This document shows positions 9,783 through 19,700 of a stretch of DNA of 43,887 bases, one piece after another. This DNA is from Candidatus Latescibacterota bacterium (GTDB lineage Bacteria > Latescibacterota > UBA2968): assembly GCA_038279365.1 (NCBI GenBank), contig JAYODI010000002.1, positions 44,497 through 88,383 on the forward strand, in the 5' to 3' direction. The stretch's first letter is position 1; the number at the start of each line of letters is the position of its first letter. The translations under genes and the position numbers were made by a program. The notes under the pieces are model-generated. The model was not told where the DNA came from. It made no database searches and saw nothing but the letters and a program-made list of their open reading frames with translations.

Positions 9783-10538
9783 TTAGATCTCAACATATTT
9801 TTCAAACAGACCCAAGCCCAACACCAAAAGCAATACCCCAACAAATGCAGGATACACAAAACTTGCAAACGCAATTTCGGCAATCACCATCACGAATTGC
9901 CCGTTTATAACCGAATCGACTTTAAATGTGCCAAAAAAATCTAACACGCCAACAATTTGCCAATAGAACCACAAATAAAAGTATAATGCCACCACACAGA
10001 ATCCAACCGCAGCCAAACGCTGAAACCGCTTTACGGCAAATTTCACACCTTCCATAGCCGTTACAAATCCAAGCATCATCATCAAATACGCCAAAAATCC
10101 CATCCCCATCAAGATCACCACATCGTCATACGCAACGCGGGGTTTATCTACCCCACCCCAGTTCTCAACACCCACCCAAAACATAAACCCACCGATCACC
10201 ACAAACATCAAAAACCCATTGCTCACCGCCACCAAATATTTGGCCAATGCCGGTACAAATTTCGGAACGGGTAATGAAAACATTTGATAATGCGTATCCG
10301 ATTTCCACTCAGCGGAAAAGGATCTGGCCAGTAGAAAAGGTGGCGCAATAAAACACGCGGCGCCCCCCAAAATAAATGGGATATAACTCAACAAAGCACG
10401 CGGCCCTACAGCCACAAGGTCAGGCTCAAAGTTGATCGCTCCATAAGCCCCCAACGCCACCAAACCCACGATTAGAAAGGAAAATACATACCGCGCATCT
10501 TTCCATTCTTTCACATACAATGCCCACCAAATAGTCAT
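9783..10538 (-). CDS. ABC-2-type permease (YtrC/D-like), copy 2
   Basis: ATG 10538 after SD AAAGGA; ALYVKEWK and SAEWKSDTHYQMFSLPV motifs; about 6 TM segments. Confidence 0.85.
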   Translation of the reverse strand: MTIWWALYVKEWKDARYVFSFLIVGLVALGAYGAINFEPDLVAVGPRALLSYIPFILGGAACFIAPPFLLARSFSAEWKSDTHYQMFSLPVPKFVPALAKYLVAVSNGFLMFVVIGGFMFWVGVENWGGVDKPRVAYDDVVILMGMGFLAYLMMMLGFVTAMEGVKFAVKRFQRLAAVGFCVVALYFYLWFYWQIVGVLDFFGTFKVDSVINGQFVMVIAEIAFASFVYPAFVGVLLLVLGLGLFEKYVEI

Positions 10539-10586
10539 ACTATTTCCTTTATCAGACAACACACATTGAATAATGTGCTGACTCGC

Positions 10587-11375
10587 TTAAATTTCAACCC
10601 GTTTTTCAAACAGCCACAAACCAATTCCCATCAACAACACAATCACCAACATCGGGTAAGCACAAATCGCCAAATCTAAACCTGGACTCAAGGGACCACT
10701 TTGCCAAAAGGACATAGGTTTATATCTACCGAGAAAACTCAAAAATTTAATTGAAGATTCAAAAAAACGACCAAACAAAAAAATCGAACTGCCAAAAAAC
10801 ACCAAGGCCATCAACCCACGATAGCGGTGAACAGTAAACTTTACACCTTCCATTGCCGTAACCAAAGCCAAAATTAGCCCAAGGCCGAGAAATATTGGAA
10901 GTGAAAACACAACAAATGTATCTATCATGAACAGGCCAGATTGATACAATTGAAGGTCCTCGAGTTTTTCAAAATATACATGCCACAGTGTAAACCCGCC
11001 ATCTTTTGAAGATGCCTCAAAAACCCCACCACTTGAAAACAAAAGTAACACAATGCCCTGACTGAACGCCACCGCAAACTTACTCATCACAGTAACCCAT
11101 CGGTTTACCGGCAACGAAAACCATTGATAATGCGTTTCCGCTTTCCACTCAGAAGAAAAAGATCGTGCCATTAAAAACGCAGGTGCAAAAAATCCCACAG
11201 CAACAGCAAGTACAAATGGAATTTGATACCATGCACTCTCTTTTTGTCCTATCAACGCAGGATCAAAGTGATACAATCCATAGAACTCTAATGCCATAAT
11301 TCCTATGACCAAAAATCCTAACAGTTGGCGACTGTCTTTCCATTCCTTTTTATACAATGCCCAGAACGTTTTCAT
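10587..11375 (-). CDS. ABC-2-type permease (YtrC/D-like), copy 1
   Basis: ATG 11375 after SD GGGAGGT; ALYKKEWK and SSEWKAETHYQWFSLPV motifs; about 6 TM segments. Confidence 0.85.
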   Translation of the reverse strand: MKTFWALYKKEWKDSRQLLGFLVIGIMALEFYGLYHFDPALIGQKESAWYQIPFVLAVAVGFFAPAFLMARSFSSEWKAETHYQWFSLPVNRWVTVMSKFAVAFSQGIVLLLFSSGGVFEASSKDGGFTLWHVYFEKLEDLQLYQSGLFMIDTFVVFSLPIFLGLGLILALVTAMEGVKFTVHRYRGLMALVFFGSSIFLFGRFFESSIKFLSFLGRYKPMSFWQSGPLSPGLDLAICAYPMLVIVLLMGIGLWLFEKRVEI

Positions 11376-11389
11376 TGTGGACCTCCCAA

Positions 11390-12082
11390 TCACATAGCAA
11401 CGATTTCAAACATTTCAGACAACGATTGACCGCGTTCTTCACGTAATTGGTCTGCATTGCCGCGCAAAGCAATCTCACCACTTTTAACAAAAATAACATC
11501 TTCAATAAATTCGCCCACTTCATGAACAATGTGTGTTGACATCATAATGGTTTGCTCACCAAAGCGATATTCATTGAACAGCGCATCCAAAATCTTTTTG
11601 CGTGAAGGAGGGTCAATGCCCGCCAAAGGTTCATCCATCAACACCAACGCACTCGGCCAAGAAAAAGCACAGGCCACTTTCAACCTACCTTTTTGTCCGC
11701 GTGACAAAGCACCCACCTTCTTATCACCGTCCAAACCCATAAAAGCAACCATCTGGCGTGCTTTGTCCATATCCCATTCGGGATAAAAAACAGATAAAAA
11801 CTCGACCTGTTCCATCACCCGCATCCAATCGTAAAACGGATTCACTTCGGGCAAATAGGCCACCCATTTTTTGGTATCCACACCCACTTCTTGGCCATTA
11901 AGCAAAACCGTTCCTTTTGTTGGGTGCGTCACCCCTGCCAAAATGCGAAGCATCGTACTTTTCCCACTGCCATTTTCCCCCAACACACCCAACACACGCC
12001 CCTTTTCTACATCCAGCGAAATCCCACGCAGTGCCCATGTGCCGGGATACCGTTTCCACACATCCTGAATATGCACCATCAT
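11390..12082 (-). CDS. ABC transporter ATP-binding protein (YtrB-like)
   Basis: Walker A GENGSGKST, signature LSRGQ, Walker B LVLMDEP and H-loop STH. Confidence 0.96.
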   Translation of the reverse strand: MMVHIQDVWKRYPGTWALRGISLDVEKGRVLGVLGENGSGKSTMLRILAGVTHPTKGTVLLNGQEVGVDTKKWVAYLPEVNPFYDWMRVMEQVEFLSVFYPEWDMDKARQMVAFMGLDGDKKVGALSRGQKGRLKVACAFSWPSALVLMDEPLAGIDPPSRKKILDALFNEYRFGEQTIMMSTHIVHEVGEFIEDVIFVKSGEIALRGNADQLREERGQSLSEMFEIVAM

Positions 12083-12450
12083 AACAGCTCCCCCTTGATC
12101 CGTTCAAGCAAGTGTTCTACTTGTGTTGCACTTGGCTCCAATTCCTGAATCTCAGACACAAATCGCTCTACAGCCGCATCGGCCAACCGTTGCCGTTCAC
12201 TTTCTACAGAGTCTACCAACTCGGTTACAAACGACCCTTGCCCCCGTTTGGTAAACACAAAATTCTCCCGCTCCAACTCAGAATAAGCCCGTGCCATTGT
12301 GTTGGGGTTCACGCCCATTTCTTGTGCCATTTCCCGCACCGAAGGCAGTTTTTCGCCTGGTGGATAAAGACCCCGAACAGCACGTTTTTTTATCTCCTCT
12401 ATAATTTGGAGATAAATGGGCCGATTTGGATCAAACTCAAATGTTCCCAC
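12079..12450 (-). CDS. GntR-family regulator, YtrA subfamily
   Basis: 123 aa; PIYLQI, LPSVREMA and VNPNTMARAY motifs with a short helical C-terminus; GTG start with SD GAGGAGG; overlaps the ABC ATPase gene. Confidence 0.93.
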   Translation of the reverse strand: MGTFEFDPNRPIYLQIIEEIKKRAVRGLYPPGEKLPSVREMAQEMGVNPNTMARAYSELERENFVFTKRGQGSFVTELVDSVESERQRLADAAVERFVSEIQELEPSATQVEHLLERIKGELL

Positions 12451-12477
12451 GGCCGCCTCCTCAAAAATATGAATGTT

Positions 12478-12505
12478 TTAGTGTTCTATTCAAATAATAC
12501 ACTAA
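12478..12505. promoter_or_regulatory. YtrA-type operator (inverted repeat)
   Basis: TTAGTGTtcTA-ttcaaa-TAatACACTAA. It resembles the AGTGTA...TACACT repeat of YtrA-family sites and overlaps the -10 box. Confidence 0.8.
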
Positions 12506-12522
12506 TTCATATTTAATGTCAA
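12494..12522 (-). promoter_or_regulatory. Sigma70-type promoter of the GntR/ABC operon
   Basis: Minus strand TTGACA (12522-12517), 17 bp spacer, TATTAT (12499-12494). Confidence 0.85.
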
Positions 12523-12734
12523 AGGGATATTTATGCACAAAAAATCCCCCGAACAGAACATTCAAGGGTAAATCATTAAACTTCCAACACCTTATGCAAA
12601 AATCTATCGCCCCATAAATATCCAATTAAAGTCGTAGCAGATGCTCTCAATTATGTTTTGACCCATTAAAATCAATCCCACCAATATGTAACTGGTTCTG
12701 CCATTTCAAGCTTCAAATTTTTTAATCCAATTCT

Positions 12735-12977
12735 TTATTCTTTTTCCCCATCGGCAGATGTGTCATCCCCTTGATCCGCCCTATGTTTGTTAACGATCAA
12801 ACGACTGGAATGACGCCTCACTTGATCTTTGCTCTTGAGATACGCCACCAAAACCATCACGCCAAATGCGCCCAAAGCAATCAGGGAACCCAACTCCTTT
12901 TTAGGATGATCCATTAACCAAGCCAAGCCAATCACTGCCAACGTACAAATCCCAACCATGATAATTTCGCGACCCAT
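12735..12977 (-). CDS. Small membrane protein (80 aa, two TM segments and a charged tail)
   Basis: SD AAAGGA 6 nt before the ATG; two hydrophobic segments. Confidence 0.65.
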   Translation of the reverse strand: MGREIIMVGICTLAVIGLAWLMDHPKKELGSLIALGAFGVMVLVAYLKSKDQVRRHSSRLIVNKHRADQGDDTSADGEKE

Positions 12978-13289
12978 CTCTTGTCCTTTGTTTTAACCAT
13001 GGAACAAACTGTTTTGTTTTATGATACAAAAAGTAGCCTCCTTGTTCAAGGTGACAATTGCAAAAATTATCGCAATTTAAAACGCTTTTTCCTGCCCATA
13101 TTCTCAACCTTGCCCTCCCTGATCTTTCCATAAAAATTACAGCATCCCCAAAATCCCCAACCTCCTTGTCCCATTTCCTTTTCAAATCAATACACGCGTG
13201 CGTGTTGCCACTAACTACTGAGACACTTAATAACCATTTTATTTTTAAGTATTTGAAACACTTACTGTAAACTAACTCAAAAAATACCA

Positions 13290-13317
13290 TTGACATTTTT
13301 TAACTTTCGAGTAAAAT
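13290..13317 (+). promoter_or_regulatory. Sigma70-type promoter of the TetR-RND operon
   Basis: TTGACA (13290-13295), 16 bp spacer, TAAAAT (13312-13317). Confidence 0.75.
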
Positions 13318-13349
13318 TCAAACGTTCGTTTGAAACAAACGTTTGAATT
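13315..13349. promoter_or_regulatory. Double TetR operator (two PsrA-type boxes within a 35-bp palindrome)
   Basis: AATTCAAACGTT-c-GTTT-g-AAAC-a-AACGTTTGAATT; contains CAAAC-N4-GTTTG (13319-13332) and GAAAC-N4-GTTTG (13332-13345). Confidence 0.85.
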
Positions 13350-13378
13350 ACGCGTCTCATTCCACAGGTTATGCGCTT

Positions 13379-14029
13379 ATGAATGCTTCAGATACACGAG
13401 AAAGACTGTTAGATGCGGCCCAACAATTATTTGTTGAACGCGGCATCGATGCCACATCCCTTCGCAACATCACCACCGAAGCCGGTGCCAATCTCGCATC
13501 GGTTAATTATCACTTTGGCACCAAAGACGAACTCATTCGAGCGGTCTTTGCCCGACATTTGACCCCACTTAATCAAGAACGGATCCGACTACTAAACGAC
13601 TTAGAAAACAAGTCAGGTCCAAATGCCTTGCCATTGGAAGCCATTCTCAATGCTTTCTTAAAACCCACATTTGAGATGAGACAAAACCCAAAGTCGCGAG
13701 AATTTGTATGCTTATTGGGCCGTGTCCTAACAGAATCCAATGACCTTAAAGTGATTATTTTACAACAATTTCGAGAAGTTCAACAACGTTACTTTTCTGC
13801 CCTTCAACGTACATTGCCAGACTTACCCCTCATAGATCTCACCTGGCGCGTACATTTTCTCATAGGTGCAATGGCCCACACACTGGCCTTGCCCGACCAA
13901 ATCACGCCACCGTGTTCAACTGAAAAGTTTGCTACAACCGACACAAATTTGATGCAACGCCTCATTGACTTTACGGCCGCAGGTTTGCGCGCCCCAAGCT
14001 CATCCAATCCAAACGGAGCCGATAGATGA
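13379..14029 (+). CDS. TetR-family regulator, PsrA-like
   Basis: TRERLLDAAQQLF...TSLRNITTEAGANLASVNYHFGTKDELIRAVF; C-terminal WRVHFLIGAM and LIDFTAAGLRAP. ATG 13379 preferred because the upstream TTG lies inside the operator. Confidence 0.93.
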   Translation: MNASDTRERLLDAAQQLFVERGIDATSLRNITTEAGANLASVNYHFGTKDELIRAVFARHLTPLNQERIRLLNDLENKSGPNALPLEAILNAFLKPTFEMRQNPKSREFVCLLGRVLTESNDLKVIILQQFREVQQRYFSALQRTLPDLPLIDLTWRVHFLIGAMAHTLALPDQITPPCSTEKFATTDTNLMQRLIDFTAAGLRAPSSSNPNGADR

Positions 14030-15456
14030 AACGTATTGCCCCTTTGTTTTTTGCACTCTTAATCGGGTGTGCATCTGCACCACGCCCACAGCAAGCCAAA
14101 CTCAATACCCGAATTCCCGACAAATACCAAACATCGTTTACAACGGCCACACAAACCGACTCACTCTGGTGGGCAACCTTTAATGACGCGCGTTTAGACA
14201 CGCTGATAGATCAAGCATTGTTATACAATAACAACCTACAAGCCGCATCGGCACGCCTTTACATGGCCCAAGCCCAAGCCAAATTAGCTGGTGCCCCACT
14301 TTACCCGCAAATTGGAGCAGGTTTTTCAGCGGCTAAACGCAAACAAGGGGCACTCGTTTCTCCATTACCTGGGCCAACCAACATCACCACCTACGGCGTA
14401 TCGGTAAATGCCTCTTGGGAAATTGACCTTTGGGGAAAATTGAGCGCCAATCAAGCCGCCGCCCTTGCAAACCTCGAAGCCTCACGAGCGCTCTATCGGG
14501 GGGCGCGTCAATCACTGGCTGCCCAAACCGCCAAAGCCTACTTTGCTGCCATAGAAGCAAAAAGGCAATTGGAACTGGCCCAAGCCACTTACACCAACAA
14601 CAAAACCAGCGCAGAACAAATCGAAACCCGTTACACACGTGGTGTTCGATCCTCGCTCGATGTGAGAATCAGCCTCACCGATTTGGCCATAGCAGAAGAC
14701 CGCTTATACCTACGCCAACAACAATACAACCTCGCGGTGCGCCAACTGGAAGTGTTATTGGGGCAATATCCTTCTGGCACATTTGAAATCACGCCATCGT
14801 TGCCCAATGTACCATCTGCCGTACCATCTGGCCTTCCAGCCGATCTCATAGCACGCCGCCCAGATTTAGTCGCCGCCGAACGTCGTTTTGCGGCATCAAC
14901 TTCCAGTCACAAAGCCGCAAAACGATCTCGCTACCCCACCATCAGCCTCACCGCATCGGGTGGTACCAGCAGTGGGGCTTTGGGTGACCTGCTCAATGGT
15001 GATTACAGTGTGTGGAACCTTATAGGCAATTTGACCCAACCGATCTTTCAAGGCGGGCGCATTCAAGGCAACATCAACCTCACAAAGGCCCAATCAGATG
15101 AAGCCCTTGCCAGCTATGCCCAAACCGTCTTACAAGCCTATGCAGAGGTCGAAAACACACTCACAGATGAACACCTACTTGCCCAACGACTCAGCGCCCT
15201 CGAAAAGGCCACAGAACAAGCGATTGAAGCACGCAGATTGGCCGAAGACCGATACAACCGAGGGCTTACAGATCTCATTACCATGCTTCAAACACAACGC
15301 ACAGCCTACCAAACAGAAAGCCAACTAATAACCGTTCAAAGATTGCGCCTGAATGCCCGCATAGACTTACATCTGGCATTAGGCGGAGGCTTTCCTGATA
15401 GGGCATCGCTCATATCACGCGTTAATGAGGCACCACCCATTCTTACACAAAAATAA
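14026..15456 (+). CDS. RND efflux outer membrane factor lipoprotein (NodT/OprM family)
   Basis: Lipobox LIGC; WWATFNDARLDTLI, SWEIDLWG and LIARRPDLVAAE motifs; ATGA overlap with the TetR gene. Confidence 0.95.
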   Translation: MKRIAPLFFALLIGCASAPRPQQAKLNTRIPDKYQTSFTTATQTDSLWWATFNDARLDTLIDQALLYNNNLQAASARLYMAQAQAKLAGAPLYPQIGAGFSAAKRKQGALVSPLPGPTNITTYGVSVNASWEIDLWGKLSANQAAALANLEASRALYRGARQSLAAQTAKAYFAAIEAKRQLELAQATYTNNKTSAEQIETRYTRGVRSSLDVRISLTDLAIAEDRLYLRQQQYNLAVRQLEVLLGQYPSGTFEITPSLPNVPSAVPSGLPADLIARRPDLVAAERRFAASTSSHKAAKRSRYPTISLTASGGTSSGALGDLLNGDYSVWNLIGNLTQPIFQGGRIQGNINLTKAQSDEALASYAQTVLQAYAEVENTLTDEHLLAQRLSALEKATEQAIEARRLAEDRYNRGLTDLITMLQTQRTAYQTESQLITVQRLRLNARIDLHLALGGGFPDRASLISRVNEAPPILTQK

Positions 15457-15519
15457 AAATTTGCAATCAAAACACCACTTTAAGAAAATCTCATCCAAGC
15501 CACATTTACGGAGATAAAC

Positions 15520-16704
15520 ATGACCCAAAAAATTCTTTTGCCCATCCTCATCCTTGTCCTTGGAATTTTAGGGGCCACTGGGCTCATTGCAAGCCGCGAT
15601 ACGGTTGAAACACGCCCTCCAGAAGTTCCCCCACCATTGGTAAGGGTCTCAACAGTAACCCCCAATCAAATACAGCTCAAGGTATTAACCCAAGGCACCG
15701 TTACCCCTCGCACCGAAAGCACACTCATAGCCCAAGTAGCGGGTCAAATCAAAGCCGTATCCCCAGCCTTTGCCAGTGGTGGTTTTTTTGAAAAAGGAGA
15801 CCTGCTCCTTTCCATTGACCCACGCGACTATGAAGTTGCTGTGGCCCAAGCCAAAGTACAGGTGGCCCAAGCCGAATTGATGATCTCTCGAGAACAAGAA
15901 GAATCGGCAATAGCCCTTGAAGAATGGGAACGCATGGGCAAAGGACAACCCAGCGACCTGGTTTTGCGAAAGCCACAAATAGCCCAAGCCCAAGCGACAT
16001 TAGAAGCCGCACGAGGCGCATTAACCCGTGCCCAACTCAACCTAGAACGCACATCTATTCGTGCCCCTTATGCAGGGCGGGTGCGCAGCAAAAGTGCCGA
16101 CGTGGGTCAATACGTAGGACCAGGTACACCCGTAGGACGTATTTATGCCGTTGATTATGCCGAAGTGCGCTTACCCATTCCCGACCAAGATCTGGCCTAT
16201 CTCGACCTCGATTTTGGTTTTAGAGGTCAATCGGCAACAGCCCAAGGCCCAAAAGTGATTCTCCACGCCAATTTTGCAGGCCTAACACACACGTGGGAAG
16301 GTCAAATTGTACGCGTTGAAGGCGAAATAGATGCCCGTTCCCGCATGATTAACCTCGTTGCACGTATAGACAATCCTTATGGACGCAATGAAAATGACCG
16401 ACCTCCCTTGGCCGTAGGGATGTATGTCAAAGCCGAAATACTGGGCAAAACCGTTGACAATGTCTATACCATTCCTCGGTCTGCCCTACGCCCCAACCAG
16501 CAGATTCTGGTGGTCACAGACAATCGGCTTTATTATCGCGACATTGAAATTCTTAGAGCCGATGCCAGTCAGGCAATTATTAAAAAAGGCTTACATCCCA
16601 ATGACCAAATTTGTCTCTCCCCATTGGATACGGTTGTAGATGGCATGCGCGTTCGCACCCACAGCCAAGACCTTGCCAGCAACAGCTTAGGAGGTCAGCA
16701 ATGA
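15520..16704 (+). CDS. RND efflux periplasmic adaptor (MFP)
   Basis: N-terminal anchor, QVAGQI...KGDLLLSIDPRDY lipoyl half, coiled coil and IRAPYAGRV. Confidence 0.95.
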   Translation: MTQKILLPILILVLGILGATGLIASRDTVETRPPEVPPPLVRVSTVTPNQIQLKVLTQGTVTPRTESTLIAQVAGQIKAVSPAFASGGFFEKGDLLLSIDPRDYEVAVAQAKVQVAQAELMISREQEESAIALEEWERMGKGQPSDLVLRKPQIAQAQATLEAARGALTRAQLNLERTSIRAPYAGRVRSKSADVGQYVGPGTPVGRIYAVDYAEVRLPIPDQDLAYLDLDFGFRGQSATAQGPKVILHANFAGLTHTWEGQIVRVEGEIDARSRMINLVARIDNPYGRNENDRPPLAVGMYVKAEILGKTVDNVYTIPRSALRPNQQILVVTDNRLYYRDIEILRADASQAIIKKGLHPNDQICLSPLDTVVDGMRVRTHSQDLASNSLGGQQ

Positions 16705-19700
16705 GACAAGCCGTTGAGTGGTTTGCCAAAAATAGCGTCGCTGCCAACTTGCTGATGATTTTGATATTGGGCGGTGGCCTGTTTATGATTCCCAGTATTC
16801 GCATGGAAGTCTTTCCCGAATTTTCTGCCGACATGATCAATGTTTCGGTGGTCTACAGAGGAGCCGCTCCCCAAGAAGTTGAAGAAGCTGTCAATGTACG
16901 GATAGAAGAAGCCGTTCAAGGTTTGGAAGGCATCAAACGTGTCACTTCAACGGCTTCAGAAAACAGAGGTACCGTATCCATTGAAGCCATCAATGGCACA
17001 GATGTTCGCAAACTGCTAGATGATGTCAAAGCCCGAGTAGATGCCATTGACACCTTCCCAGACGAAACAGAAAAACCCGTCATCACAGAAGTCATACCCA
17101 GGCGACAAGTGATCAATATTGCCGTATCTGGCCCAGCAAGCGAACGCACACTGAAGGTCATTGGCGAACAAGTTCGCGACGACATCTCATCTATACCGGG
17201 CATTACACAAGTAGAACTCAAAAATGCACGCCCCTATGAAATAGCAATTGAAGTATCCGAAAACGATTTGCGCAGATACGGTCTCACTTTCGACGAAGTC
17301 GCACGCGCCGTAAGGGCCCACTCCATCGACCTACCCGGTGGGTCTATCCGCACGGAAGGCGGAGAGATTTTGCTGCGAACCAAAGGCCAGGCCTATCGAG
17401 GACCACAGTTTGAAGCCATCGTCTTGCGCACCCAACCCGATGGCACCCACCTCACATTGGGTGAAGTGGCTCATGTTGTAGACGGATTTGCCGAAACCGA
17501 CCAAACAGCCAGCTTCGATGCAGAACCTTCTGTGCTGGTACAGGTTTATCGTGTTGGCGATCAAAATGCCCTCGACATCACAGACAAAGTCAAAGCCTAT
17601 ATTGAAGAAGCAAACACACGATTGCCCGAAGGCATCCAACTCACCGTTTGGGCTGATTTTTCGCGCATTTTAACCGGTCGCCTCGATCTTATGTTACGCA
17701 ATGGGCGCATGGGATTCATACTCGTTTTCATCGTGCTCACACTTTTTCTTCGCTTGCGATTGGCTTTTTGGGTGGCCCTCGGTATTCCCATATCCTTTTT
17801 AGGCGCAGTGTCTATGATGCCCGGTTTAGACGCCTCCATCAACCTCATTTCTCTGTTTGCCTTTATCGTGGTATTGGGCATTGTGGTGGACGATGCCATC
17901 ATTGTAGGCGAAAATATTTACCGTCATTATCAAATGGGCAAAAGGGGCCTCACGGCTGCCATTGATGGCGTACGTGAAGTCTATATTCCTGTTATTTTTG
18001 CCGTATTAACCTCTATCGCCGCATTTTCCCCCCTGTTGCTTGTCTCTGGAAGCATTGGGAAAATTATGAAGCTCATTCCAGAGATTGTTATTCTCGCACT
18101 CATTTTTTCGCTCATTGAATCGCTGTTCATTTTGCCAGCCCACTTGGCACACTCCAACATGGACAGCGAAGTCCAAGGTTCAAAAGAGTCGCGGTGGCAC
18201 CACAATATTTCTGCACCTTGGCAGAAGTTTCAAGATTATTTTGCATCGGGTTTGCTTGCATTTGTTGAAAAGTATTACCGACCATCTGTCGAATTTGCAC
18301 TCAAATGGCGCTATGCAACCCTTGCGTGGGGCATCAGCACCCTCGTCATCACGGTTGGCCTTGTGGGTGGCGGATGGATCAAATTTACCTTCTTTCCCAA
18401 AATTGACGCTGACAATGTGGTGGCCATGCTCACCATGCCCCAAGGCACATCCCCAGAGGTCACGCGTGCAGCAGTTAAACGCTTAGAAAGCACAGCCCTC
18501 CAATTGCGTGACCAACTCGAACAAGACAAACCAGGCAGTATTTTTCGCCATGTTTTAGCCGCTGTTGGTGAACAACCTTTTCGTACGGCACAAAGCCAAA
18601 ATGGTGGCAGTGCTGGCGCGTCCTTTTCTGCCGCGCACCTGGGTGAAGTCAATATAGAACTACAACCCTCAGAGGAACGCGACATCAGCAGTACCGAATT
18701 GGCCAATATGTGGCGAGCACTCAATGGCCCCATTCCCGATGCTGTGGAGCTTACCTTTTCTTCATCCTTGTTTTCCAGTGGTGAACCTGTAAATATTCAA
18801 TTTTCGGGCCCCGATTATGACGAACTCAAAATCGTTTCTGCAAAACTCAAGCAAAAACTGGCCGAATACCCTGGCGTGATCGAAATCACCGACTCTTTTC
18901 GCTCTGGCAAACAAGAGGTTAACCTGTCTCTCACCCGAGAAGCAGAAGTGTTGGGGCTTACCCTTGTCGATCTTGCGCGCCAAGTGCGCCAAGCTTTTTA
19001 TGGCGAAGAAGCCCAGCGTATTCAACGAGGCCGTGACGACATTCGCGTGATGGTACGCTACCCCGAGTCTGAACGCAAATCCTTGGGCAACTTAGAGGAA
19101 ATGCGCATTCGCACGCCCGATGGCAAAGAGGTGCCCTTCTCGGTTGCTGCCAAAGCAGAGTTGGGCCGTGGTTATGCCTCCATCCAACGAGCAGATCGCA
19201 AAAAAGTGATCAATGTCACTGCGGATGTAGACAGCAAAATTGCCAATGCCAATGAAATACTTGCAGACGTTACCAACACAGTATTGCCACAAATATTGGC
19301 CGATCACCCCCGCATTCGATTTGATTTGGAAGGCGAACAAAGAGAACAACGTGAAACAATGGCGGGTTTGTCCCAAGGCTTTTTATTGGCAATGTTGATC
19401 ATTTACATTTTGCTGGCAGTGCCATTTAAATCCTACGTTCAACCCATTATTGTGATGATCGCCATTCCCTTTGGCATTGTTGGCGCAGCTTGGGGACACG
19501 CCATATTGGGAATGGACCTCACCATTATGTCGATGTTTGGCATTGTTGCCCTTGCGGGTGTGGTGGTCAACGACAGTTTGGTCATGGTCGACTTTATTAA
19601 TCAACAGCGTGCCACGGGTCTTTCTGTTAAAAAATCCATTCGTGAAGCAGGTGTGGCCCGCTTTCGCCCCATCTTACTCACCTCAGTTACCACCTTTGCA

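Noticed and set aside
13195..13210. Minus-strand TGGCAACACGCACGCG with GG-N10-GC spacing
   Set aside because: The -12 element is a poor match to sigma54 consensus; probably chance.
12901..13296. 131-aa minus-strand and 70-aa plus-strand ORFs in the intergenic region
   Set aside because: AT-rich promoter DNA with no motif or convincing SD; the longer ORF overlaps the better-supported 80-aa gene.
16611..16700. N-terminal extension of the RND permease
   Set aside because: It lies inside the MFP gene; ATG 16701 has SD GGAGG and an ATGA overlap.
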